Shown here: piece after piece, positions 52,699-64,000 of the stretch
Position numbering within the stretch: position 1 is the first letter of the stretch
Layout of the letters: each line of letters starts with the position of its first letter
NCBI GenBank assembly: GCA_001643675.2
Contig: LSRY02000029.1
Location: forward strand, 372,001-436,000
DNA length: 64,000 bases
Source: Monocercomonoides exilis PA203
Taxonomy: Eukaryota > Protista > Preaxostyla
Direction: 5' to 3'
The notes under the pieces: model-generated
What the model saw: only the letters and a program-made list of their open reading frames with translations
The model's database searches: none
Told to the model about the DNA's origin: nothing
Made by a program: the position numbers and the translations under genes

Positions 52699-53134
52699 CG
52701 CACATCCTTCCTCAAACTTCCCTTTTATAATCTTCCCCATCTATCCTTCTTTTTCTTTTCTTTTCTTTTTTTCTTCCAATTCTTTTCCCATCATCAAAAT
52801 AACTTTCCCAATCGTATTCTTCTTCTTCTTTTCTTCTTTCCCTTATTCCTCTATTCTCTCACCCTCTCTCACTTTCAAAATACATTCACTTGTTTTATCA
52901 TTCATTCATTCACTCACTCACTCACTCACTCACTCACTCACTCACTCACTCACTCACTCACTCACTCACTCACTCACTCACTCTTTTGCTCTATTATTTA
53001 TTTTCTTGTTCAACCAATAATTCACCTTTTCTTTCAACCATTTAATTACACAATCATTCAATCCTTAATGAACAGTTTTCTCTTTTTCCTTCTCTAACTC
53101 TTTTTCTTTTTCACTTCCACTTCCACTTCCACTT

Positions 53135-53165
<31 letters not shown>

Positions 53166-53188
53166 CACTTCCACTTCCACTTCCACTT

Positions 53189-53304
<116 letters not shown>

Positions 53305-53835
53305 GAAATCGCTTCGCATCATTGTAATTTCCATTCTATTCCATTTGATTGTGTGTTGGATGATTTCTTATTTTCTTTTTTTATTCATTCATTCAATTAA
53401 TCATTTCTTCATCACTTTATTCATCTATCCATTTGCACTCTCTTTTCTCTTTTCCCCTCATTTTCTTTTTCTCTCTTTTTGTATTCTTAACATGTTGTTT
53501 TGATTCATCTTGTATATTTCTCATTAAGAAATTGATTTGAGATGGGTAATAGAAGGGAAGGTGGGGAATGATAATTAAAGAAAATATTATCTTATAATGA
53601 ATGCACGATAGAAATCGAAGAGAAAGCGGAAAAGTGAAAAGGAGAATTAAAAAGAGGAGATGAATGAATAAGTGAAGAGAAGAGAAGAGAAGGTGTGAAA
53701 AGAAAATAGAAGAGGTTAAATGAATGAAAAGAAGATAAAGAAGTAGATAAAAGAATAAAGAGAGAAAAAGAAATAAAAATAAAGATAAGAAAAAAGAAAA
53801 AAGAGAGAAAATAATGAAAAAGATGAAAAAAGAAA

Positions 53836-53952
53836 AGCTACAGCACTGGGTTTTTCCAGGCGGTCACCCATCCAAGTACTAACCCAGCGTTGGCCGCTTA
53901 ACTTCGGAGGTCTGAAGGGATCCGGTGCGTATGACCAACTATGGCCGTAGCT
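53836..53952 (-). rRNA. 5S: 5S rRNA copy 20
   Basis: Same sequence as copy 2. Confidence 0.97.
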
Positions 53953-54640
53953 CGCACATCCTTCCTCAAACTTCCCTTTTATAATCTTCCCCATCTATCC
54001 TTCTTTTTCTTTTCTTTTCTTTTTTTCTTCCAATTCTTTTCCCATCATCAAAATAACTTTCCCAATCGTATTCTTCTTCTTTTTTTCTTCTTTCATTTAT
54101 TTTTCACTTTTACTTTAACTTTCTTCTTTTTTTTTTCTTTCACCCTTTCTTTTTCATTCCCTTTTTTTATTAACCACTACGCTCTTTCTCCTTTCTTTTC
54201 TTTTCTTCCTTCCCTTATTCCCCTATTCTCTCACCCTCTCTCACTTTCAAATTTCTTTCACACACTCACTCTTTCAAGTATTCATTTTTTAATTCTACCA
54301 GTAATTCACCATTTTTTTATTTATTTCATTGCACACATCCTTTCTCACTTACTAATTCACATTTATTTTTCAGATTTCTTATATCACGTATATTAGTATT
54401 AATGTGATAATTCAGAAATAATCATGTGGAAAAATTGATGGAAGAGGTGAAAATGAATGGAAAACACACATTTGAATTCGTTTGTCCTTCGTTATCTATC
54501 TGTTCCTTTTCAAAAATATATCTTTTATCTTTTTGTTGTTTGAAGAAACATTTAATTCATCTTTAAACAACGATGAGCGCATTTTGAATTTTTTTTTCAT
54601 TAACAGTTTATCAATAATGAGTTAGCATGCAATCAAAAGA

Positions 54641-57600
54641 ATGCATTTTGTTTTTGACGCACCCACAATTATCTCATGGCGCATGATTTTCAGCAAATGT
54701 CTGCTGAAGAGCCATTTGAAAGTGTTTTTATCAACACCATCAAACGCCTCGTTGCTGCTGACAACGCTGGCATGCTTGCTAGAAGGGAGGAATTGCCTGC
54801 TGACAAAGCAGGAAGGCGATGAAAGACAGTTTCTTCTTTCGGTGTTTGATCTGGACATTGTTTCGATTGACATGGAGAAGACAAGTGCAGATGGATTTTA
54901 TTCAGCAGTCATGGAAGAATCACGGACGATAGGTTTTTGCATTTTGTTTTGTGGCAGTTTTTCTCAAAAATGAGAAATTGTTGTTTATTTTGTTTCAGAA
55001 TTGTGTGTATTTTGGATGTTTGAATTTAATTGACAGTGATAATTTATAAAACTGTATTTGCATTTGCGTGGGTGAAACAGGGACGGAGAGCCAGTGCGCC
55101 TTCTGCCGAATATTGTGATATTCAACAACCTCGACCTGGCACCCCCTGATGCACAGAATGCAGTTGCAGAGGTGTCTTTGCTTAATTTGATGCACTTTCA
55201 CTATTTTTATGAATGTCTTGGGAAATCTTTTTTTTTCAACGTTGATTCATTTGATAGTTTCTGTCCACTCCAAATCTCTCATTGTCTGATGGATGGATGC
55301 TTGTTCGTCCAACCGTCTTCGTGGGCATTGGGATTGTTTCCGCTCCAATGCTTCTACAGAGGCCAAAGACGCGTGCTCCGTATCGTGACCAGTTTCCATC
55401 GTTTGTCCCTCCTTCGTTTATCTCTGTTCCGTGGAGATACTGCGCTCCTGGGCTTCTTCAACAGTTTCTGGTTTCTTCATCTGATCTGCAGCCAGAGTTG
55501 CACTATTACAATCCGTATATGTGTGTGATGAGTGGCTTATTTGTCAAAGTCAAAATTTTCTGATTTGTTTTGATTTGAATGGTTGCTTTTTGCAGAACAG
55601 AGCAAAAGCCTGAACAGGAAGTGTTGAAGGGAGGGGCATCTTGCATGGAAGAAAAACCGCTTGATCGCTTTTCAGAGGAAGATCTGATTGCAATGCGAGT
55701 GTCTTTGAACCGGTCTTTTGTGCACAACTCGCTCTCACTTTATTGTATGCTTCTTTGTTCTGTTTTATTTTTTATTTCTTTGTCTGTTTCTTGCACCGAT
55801 TGATTTTTGATTTCCTCATTTCAACACTTTTGTGAAAACGCTATTGCTGTTGCAACAAGTGAACGATTTGCTGGCTCAGATTGAGTGCCATCCTTTTGTT
55901 GCATCGTTTCCTGCTGATCCTGATCTTCTCACTTCGATCATCTCGTTTGTCTCGACAGTCCATTCGCTCACTCGCCTCGACTCGCAGATGATTCCTTCGC
56001 TTATGATGCATCCATCCTTCTCTTCTGCGCTGACCTCATTTTCCTCTCTGCACATCACCCCTTCGCCTGCTGGAACTCCATCTTCTTTGGGCTGCTTCTC
56101 AGCACAGAACCCCTCTTTTTCAGGGTATCCTTTTCCGCCATCATGCCCATCACCGATTTCTCCGTTTTCTCCCCTTTCCTCCACTCGCGTTGCATCCATA
56201 GGTCACATTCGCAGCGCAACTCAGTCATCTGCTCTGTCTTCCCTCGCTGCTGACTTCGCACGTCGATCTTCGCAGAACGACCAGCACAAAGCAAGCATGT
56301 CACTCGATGTGTCTGCTTCTGCTGCTGGTTCTTCATCTTCCTCTTCCTTTCCTTCTCCTTTTGCTTTGTCATCTGCACAAGCACAGATGCCAACGCCTCG
56401 CATCATTTCGCTGGCAGACTCACATCGCCCGTCGTTTTCGATGGCTCAGACATCCACCCGCATTTCAGACTTGTCTCCGTCGATGCCTTTTTCTTCATCT
56501 TTTTCCCATTCCTCTTCCTCTTCCATTTCTTCTTCTGTTTCTGTGCCATCTGGATTCTGTGCATCTTCCTCTGCAACCATGCGACCATCTCCGCTTTCGA
56601 ACTCATCCACTTCTTCTTCATGTTCTGAACCGCCCGCTGCCCGCAGCATGCACTCTACGCAGTCGTCGATGCGCTCGCCTCTCCTTTCTCAGACACAGCA
56701 TGCATTGTCCTCTGCAGCTGAGTTGTTGTCTGCATCGCTTAGCCTTCCGCCGACCTCTTCGCGTGTGCGTGTGCCTGATGCATCATCTTCGCTGGATGCA
56801 GTGAAAATGCGCAGAAGAACTTCATTTGCGCCTTTTCAGCTTCGAGGTGCTGGAAATCCGTCAATCTGTTCTGTTTCTGCCTCTTCCTCTGCTTCTGCCT
56901 CTGCTTCTGCTTCTGGGACTGTTATGATGGAATCGGGCGAGTGTGAGAGCAGAGAAAGTTCAGCTGGTGAGCGTGTGCTGTTTGTGTCGGCAGCAGACAT
57001 CCAGCGCTGCTTGGTGGATCTTCTGGCACATCGCATGACTGTTCGGCCAGCACCAGCTGCACAGGCAGTGTCGATGATGTGGATGCTCCTGAGACAGGCG
57101 AGAGACGCCGATCCGCTGGGGGGAGAGGAAATGGAGGGACTTGAGAGAGGAGGAGAGAGAGAGCAGAAGAGTAGCAGCGTCTTCCCGTTCAGCCCTTTTG
57201 ATTCAAGCTTTGCAGAAGAGAAAGGGGAAAGGAGTTTGTTCGGGAGTGGGTGCGATAATGAAGAGCGGTGGGAGGTTAAGCACAGTTCAGGAGATGAAGC
57301 AGAAAAAGGAGAAAGCGGGAAAATGTTCAATGAGGTTGGATCGAAGACGAGCTTCTTCCAAAATTCAAGCAAAATTTCTGAGAATGCTTCAGATGAAAAT
57401 GGAGATGACGAAGGGCTGAATGAAGGCACTCCAGTGCAGCTGTCAGACTCGTTGCATGCAACTTCATTGCCCCAGCTGCCATCATTCACAAAATTGACAG
57501 AATCTCATCCGTCCTCTTCTCTCACTTGTCCCTCGGATGATTCAGGAAAGGAATCAGAAGCGAAAGCTGTTGGTGTTGAGTCTGCCAAAAGTGAGGTTGA

Positions 57601-58510
57601 ATGTTTGGGGAAGGGACGAAAAGAGTGCGAACAGCCAAATGGGAAGGAATGCTGTGAGTCAGATCCAAAACAGCAACAGTCTGAATTGTCAGCTGAACAG
57701 CAGAAGAAGAAATCGAACTTTGGTGATGTTTTTCGTTCATCGTTCGTTTCATCGCCTGAGTCGCTTTCTTTGTCAGACAGCGATTGCAGTTTGGTGCAGA
57801 GCCCATTGGAGCAAGAAAACAATGAGGCTTCGATTCAAATTTCTTCCACTTCAGCTAAAAACACTTCATGCACTTCAGAAAGCATTCCAACTGCTCCTCC
57901 GCCTCCTCCCCCGCCTCCACCACCACCACCTCCTCCTCCTCCTCCTCCTCATAATTCTGCTTCAAACACGCAATCAAAAGTATCAGCAGCTGCTGTCTCT
58001 CCATCGGCTTTCTTCCCATCATCTGGACAGCTCGAGGGCTCGTCTTCATTGCCCTCTTCTGAGGCAATGTTTGCTTTAGGGGCTGGTTCGCCGTTTCCGT
58101 CTCCTCTCTCAGAATCAGCCTCAGATGCGATGGAGTCCTCTCCAAAAGACGCTTATCGGCGCAGCGTATCTTCCCCGCTGCCTTCTCTTTTGGGGTTGTA
58201 TTACTCGGGCTCTTCTGCATTTCGGTTGGCTTTCCGCCAGCTTGCGTCAGTTGCATTTGGCATCCCGCTGAGCACAGCAAGCACAGCCTCATCCACATTC
58301 CTTCTGAAGAAGCTGTTGAAAGTCTCGCATGCACTGGACATCTCGTCCGATGAGCGGGAGCTAAATGCACCTAAGCGAAGTGTTTCACCCTTTGGCAAGC
58401 TGAGAAGAGCGCCTGCTGAAAGAGAAGTGATGTTCAACACGGTTCTGGATTTCATTCATTCGATCATATCTGAGGCTGTTGAGGCTTCACCGCTTCCTCT
58501 CAGCTGTTGA
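54641..58510 (+). CDS. Degenerate MoxR/chelatase-clade AAA+ protein, resembling the fungal MTC2 family, with large Ser/Pro-rich insertions (multi-exon)
   Basis: Segments LACLLEGRNCLL, PNIVIFNNLDLAPPDAQNAVAE, FVHNSLSLY..DLLAQIECHPFV and FVSAADIQRCLVDLLAHRMTV follow MoxR motif order, but Walker A GKT and Walker B DE are lost. The start codon is uncertain. Confidence 0.6.
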
Positions 58511-58949
58511 TTTGCTGTCATGCACTTAAATATAAACTGGCATTCTTTTTTTGTTTTCCTTTTCCTTTTCTTCTTCTTCTCAGCTTTTTATAAAGATGTG
58601 CACAAAAAATGAAAACCATAAACGATAATTGCATTTATTTTTGGAGAATTTTGTGTTTTTTGGACTGATTTGCTTTCAAAAGGAACAATTAACAAATCTT
58701 TTTTGTTGAACTTTCTTTTTTTTAATGAAAAGGATGCGTTTTCTAATTTTGTGGAATTATATATGAATCTTTGTTTCCTTTGTTGATGAAATTTGGGTTG
58801 AAACTTTTTTGAAAAAAAAGGTCAATCTTTTGTGTATTTTTTGCAGAATATATTTTTCAATCAATTTTTGAAAAATAAAAGCAAAAGTTAGTACTTTACA
58901 AAAATAAAAGGAATAGAGAATTAAAAATTGACTTCTCATTTCCTTCATC

Positions 58950-59654
58950 GAAGAAGAAAATTATCATTTTGCGATTCTAATGAAGTGCATCATCGAAATT
59001 CAATATATTCTTTTAATGCAGCTCTCAAAAATATGTGCGATTATCATCTCTCTCAATCGCATTCATTCATGCTCCAGTTATCCTTGTTTCTCTTCATTAT
59101 TGCATCTGTTCTCTTGCTTTCGAATTCTAATTGTGTTGTATCATGTGTTGTTCATGACATTCAGCTTTAAAGACGAAATAGGATGTTCAAGAGTTTCAGA
59201 TTTTTCTTCTTCGATCGCACATTCGCATCAGATATCACTATACACTAAATTGAACCCTTTATTCATTCCTCTCTCCAATCTCAATAGATGGTAATTCCAA
59301 TTCTTTGATCATCTATCGAGTTGTCTCAAAATTGTTCGGTCCAAACGAAATATCAAGCGTCAGACACTCCAACAACATCATTTCTAACATAAATGCAACC
59401 CTCTTCTTCGTCGCATGCTTCTTCCCTCCATTCGACAGCCCCTGTGTTATTTTCCTCAGGCTTTCCTTCCTGTTGTCATCCTCATCCTCAAACGCTGATG
59501 AGGACAGAGAGTCATCCTCCTCCTTTTCATCATCACTTGCTGATGTCACAACTGTTGATGAAGAGATGGATGAGGAATCAGAATCCTCAGATGAAAGAGC
59601 TAAAAGAAAAAAGTTGTTCAACTTATATAGGCATTGTTGCATGTTGAAAAGCAA
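58950..59654 (-). pseudogene. Possible decayed gene fragment (acidic Ser/Asp-rich ORF followed by stop-interrupted coding-like DNA)
   Basis: ORF 59313-59654 continues past TAG as MIKELELPSIEIGERNE* with further stops. No family recognised. Confidence 0.25.
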
Positions 59655-60076
59655 TAAACGTTACAAATATTAAAACTTTGAATTCGTCAAAAATTTAAAA
59701 TTTGTTTTCACTAAATTCTGTCTGTTAAAAATAAAATGAAATTCTGGATACTGAAATGAAAAAGTTTTTTTTTTCCTTTTGAAACAATATGGCTTATTTA
59801 TTTTGAATGTTTTTGGAATTAAACAGTGGATATTTTTGAAAATAATTTATGAGCTTTTCATTAAATAATACGACTTAAAAAGCATGGAATATATTTGCAT
59901 ATCAACTTTTCATAACTTTTCACATATATACAGATTCACATTATTTGATAGCAAATATTATTATTAAAATTTTGTTGTTTATTATCTTTATTTTTTAAAC
60001 AAAAATTTAAGAAAATGATCTTATGCTTTTTGTTGAATTTTTTCGTTCAAAAAACATATAATATAAATGATCAAGA

Positions 60077-63000
60077 ATGTTATTTTGCGTATATCTTTAT
60101 ATAAGTACAGCTATATGTGCTGCTTTTAATTCAAAGGAACCTATTATAAAATCTGTTACAACATTTCCACCGACAGGTTCACAAATAAACCCTCGTTATT
60201 CGCCTTTTATTCAATATTTTACTGATAACGGGAAACCTTCTTTATTCCTTTGCAGTGGCGTTGACCACAAAGAAGAAATGGTTTCAGATGCATATACTAT
60301 TAATCTCTTCCCATTCTTTTCATCACGTTTGATCATTCCTGTGGATTGTCCAAAGCCATTGGTCAAGTTTTTTGCTCAATACAAAGTTGGAAACACATTT
60401 TTCATTTGGGGTGGGAAGAAAGACACAAAATTTTCAAATGCACTGTGGTCATTTGATATTTTATCGCAGGAATGGAAAGAAGTTGATGAAGGAAAAACAA
60501 TTCCTGAAGCAAGACATTCAATGGCATATGCAACTGATGGAAGCAAACTATACATTTTTGGTGGGATCGGTGCATCTGGCCTTTTGAACGATCTGTGGGA
60601 GTTTGACACACAAAACAACCAATGGAAAGAATTGAAAATAGTCACCGGAGAAGTTGGCCCTGAACCTTGCAGCGGTGCAGGTATGCTTGTTGCAAATGGA
60701 TATGCTGTTATTTATGGAGGAGATACTGGAGGAGATGTTGAATTTTCACTCAAAATGTTCAGAATAAAGATCGACACAATTTCTTCTCAATCATGGGAAG
60801 AAGTTAAAATAACTGACAAGGATGGAAACGCAAGCAGCATTCCGAATTCTCGTTCCAAATTTGGTCATGCTACATTTATTTCTTCGGATGGTGCATTTGC
60901 GTATATTCATGGAGGGCGTCAATCAAACAATTTGTTCGATTATCAAAATTCGTTATTAATTCTTGATTGTAGTCAAGTTGTCAAAGGGGGAAATGATATA
61001 AAAACTGCAAAATATAAAGAAATTGTATATGAATATTATGACGTGTTGTTCCTTTGCGGATGTGCAACTGATTCAGATGGAAATCTTTACATTTTTGGAG
61101 GGAAAAATGAAGGTTTTGTATCAGGAGAATTTGTAGCTGTGATGAAAGAGGATTTGTCATTAAGTATTTCAGAAGAGGAGCTTCATTCTAAAGAAGCAAA
61201 AGATCGAAGACTAAAATTCAGAAAGAAGATTATTAGTGAAGAATATATAGATACGAAGTCAGGTCAGTTAAGCAAACATTCAAAGTCAGAAAGCAATTCT
61301 CGTTTCAATTATAATGATGGTAATTCTCCATTTATTCATTTAGTTTCGGTGTATGATCTTGGACCATCTCCACGTGTGAATCCTACAGTTGGAACATATG
61401 GTGATTCATTTTTTGTGTTTGGAGGACGAAATCCAGAAACAGGAGAAATTTTCAACGATTTGTATGGATGGGCAACAGTTATAAACCAGTGGGAAAGAAT
61501 TATTCCCAAAGGAAACTCAGAAACACCTCCCGCAAGAGAGCTTGCTTCATTATGCTGTGAAATTGATCGCTTTTTTATCTTTGGAGGCTTAGGACCGAAC
61601 GCACAAACAGGAAAGGTGGAACCGTCAAATGAATTGTGGGAATTTTCATTCATCACTCGTGAATGGAAGCAGTTGGGGAAAAAGTCCAAGATAAAGCCAA
61701 GAGCTGTATTTGGTGCATCATCTACCATCCATTTTAATTGCTTGGTTGTTTCTGGTGGAAAAAGTTTTGATGACATCATTCCTCGTCCTTCATCATATGT
61801 GTTTTATTTTGGAACAGAAGAATGGGAAGAACTTTTCTTCATAGATACAACGTATAAATCTGCCATTCTTTTTTTGAACAAGATCATTACAAAAAATAAA
61901 ATAGAAAACACACAAGAGCAAAGATTTGAAAGTCATGAACGTAACTATATAGAAATGCCAAATATTTACGAAAATAGTGAGAATGTTAAAAGAGATTTGA
62001 TGATATCAGATAATAAGCAAGTTGGAAATGTCAGACAAAATATGTGCAATAATGATGAATCTACACATGCAAATCTAATTGTCATTGGAGGAATGGATGG
62101 TATTTCTCCAATGAAAGGGTTTAGATGTTATGACTTTGAAAAATTATTGAAAATAGGTAATTTTGATATAACAAATATTTCTGGGAATGACGAAAATTTG
62201 AATCATATTTTTCACTACCAAGATGGGATGTCATTACCTTTTGAAAACAAAGTATTAATGTTCGGAGGGAGAAATGGAGATCGTGCAATGGATACTTTCA
62301 AAGTTGTTGAATTCGATAAATATGTTCGTCCTACTGTGATAGAAGATGATGGAACAGAACTTAAAAACGGCATTCATCTCGATGTGGTTGAAGCTGGATG
62401 TACAATTTTTCAAAGAAATGTTTACTGTTTCGGTGGAAGGCAAATAAGCAAAGGAAGAACTGTTATGCCAACAGCACTTAACATATTTCGAAAAATTAGT
62501 ATTCAAGATAATGTTTTAGGCTGTTCAGAAGGATATTACAAGAATAAGGAAAAATGCAAAAGATGTGAAAAAGGAACTTATTCAGATGGAAAAAATCGAA
62601 CGGCTTGCATTCCTTGCCCTGCAGGAACGTTTGGAATATGGGGGGGCGCTCGAGAATTTGAATGCGAATTTGCCACAGCTGGAACATTCACAAACACTTC
62701 TGGTTTATCAAGTCCAATTAAATGTGAAGCTGAACAGTATTGCCCAATTGGATCAGCATCAAATAATAATGCAATGCCAACTGCCGATCCGTCGAGAACA
62801 ACTCAACCTCAATTATACAGTGAGCCATCCAAAGCAGTGGCTGTGATAAATATTATTTCTTATGTTGCCCTGGCGGCTATAGGTTTTGTGGTAGCTTTGT
62901 TTCTTCTCTGTTTTCGAACAAAATCGTGCATGTGGAGGCTGGATGGCTATTCAAGCAAGTATAGTGACTCTCTTGATCCACATACGCACTCTTCAGTCAA

Positions 63001-64000
63001 ACAAATAAGAAAAACAACATTTGGAGGATTTGTTTCAATTGTTGCCATCTTTTTTGTTGCTGGAGTTGTTCTTTCGAATATTTTGGGTTTTTTCTTATTC
63101 AACATTGCTGAGACAAGGACAACAGTCGATGCTTCAACAGAAAGTCATATATTAGAACATTTCACAAACAATCATGTTCTAATCGAGCTGACTTTGATGG
63201 ACTATACCGGCGAATGTGTTGGACCTGTGAATAAAGAGATAAATGAAAAATCTGGAAAGTGTTCAGACAAGTTAGGATTGGGGAAAACAACATATGATCC
63301 TTTTGGTTTGTATCTGTTTTTTTATAAAAAAACATAAATTTTTCAATTAATTTTTCGATATCTACATAAATAAAAATATATTATTCAGGATTGAAAGAAG
63401 ATAAATATTTATTATTCACACCGAATTGCACTCAATTTCAAACCAATAATTATTATTATCCTCCAACACATAATTGCAAGATTACTCTTGAAGGTGAAAA
63501 CGTAAATGTTCCATTGAAAAACGTTCAAATGGACATTTTTTCCATGTTTTCTTCAGAAAGAAATGTTTCTTGCAGAGCAATAAAAGTTTATGCATCTTTT
63601 GATTCTGCTGTTCCTGAGCAACATAACCTGAAATTAGGTCCAAATAATTACAATTCTTCAATTGAAGATATTATTTTGAGTAGCAATGAGGAAGTATTCA
63701 GTGGTCCAGTATCAACGAACGTAACGTTGGAGCTTGTCCCATCTATTCATAAAAGAAATGTTGCTTTAGAACCAAAGAAAGAAAGAAAAGGCCATCTTAT
63801 CAACCATATTTCATTTGATAACGGATCCTTTTCATATTATCCAAACATATATTATAACTTCGGGCTGGGAATAAATATAAAATTCAAGCTGGAAAAATCT
63901 GTGGTTGTCACTCAACATTCAATGAAGATATCTTGGGTGACATTTTTTTCATCTCTTGGTGGGTCTTTTGTTTTCTTTGGATATTTTGGTAACATTTTGC
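60077..64000 (+). CDS. Signal peptide + multiple Kelch repeats + Cys-rich (GCC2/GCC3, ephrin-receptor-like) repeats + multi-TM protein; intron about 63306-63388; 3' end outside window
   Basis: Kelch motifs (FIWGG, YIFGG..LNDLWEFD...W, FVFGG), then CSEGYY..CKRCEKGTYS..CIPCPAGTF..QYCPIGS. Hydrophobic helices at VAVINIISYV.., FGGFVSIVAIFF.. and ISWVTFFSSLGGSFVFF. Confidence 0.85.

Noticed and set aside
58950-59320. TAA/TAG read as Gln (known in some oxymonads) rescuing stop-interrupted regions
   Set aside because: deoC and TBL1 end at TAA at their expected termini, conserved exons lack in-frame TAR, and TGA stops also interrupt this region.

Overview
This is eukaryotic, intron-rich, AT-rich DNA using the standard genetic code (conserved genes end in TAA/TGA). 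Poly-Ser/Glu tracts, short introns with GTTTGT/GTATGT/GTGTGC donors and flagellar genes suggest a Monocercomonoides-like metamonad; this is an inference. Positions 1-28.7 kb hold densely packed spliced genes, often head-to-head. They are a HAUS6/augmin-6-like gene, TBL1/Sif2-like LisH-WD40, an intronless bacterial-type deoC, PIG-S, IFT20, an LRR plus XK-related membrane protein, SPEF1, eIF4E, a small secreted Cys-rich protein, a large ankyrin-FYVE protein, an MBL-fold hydrolase and a coiled-coil/acidic protein. Two inverted-repeat (MITE/foldback-like) elements lie at 10.0-11.0 kb. Positions 30.7-54.1 kb are a complete tandem array of 20 minus-strand 5S rRNA genes with both ends visible (unit 1166-1272 bp). 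Each gene has a -30 TATA box, and each spacer carries length-variable (CACT)n and (CACTTY)n microsatellites plus a sharp purine/pyrimidine strand switch. The 5S RNA lacks the usual helix II bulge and the loop E G. All ORFs in the array are artefacts. Positions 54.6-64 kb hold a degenerate MoxR-like (MTC2-like) pseudo-ATPase and a Kelch + Cys-rich multi-TM protein that runs off the window. Family calls rest on motifs recalled from memory, not database searches.
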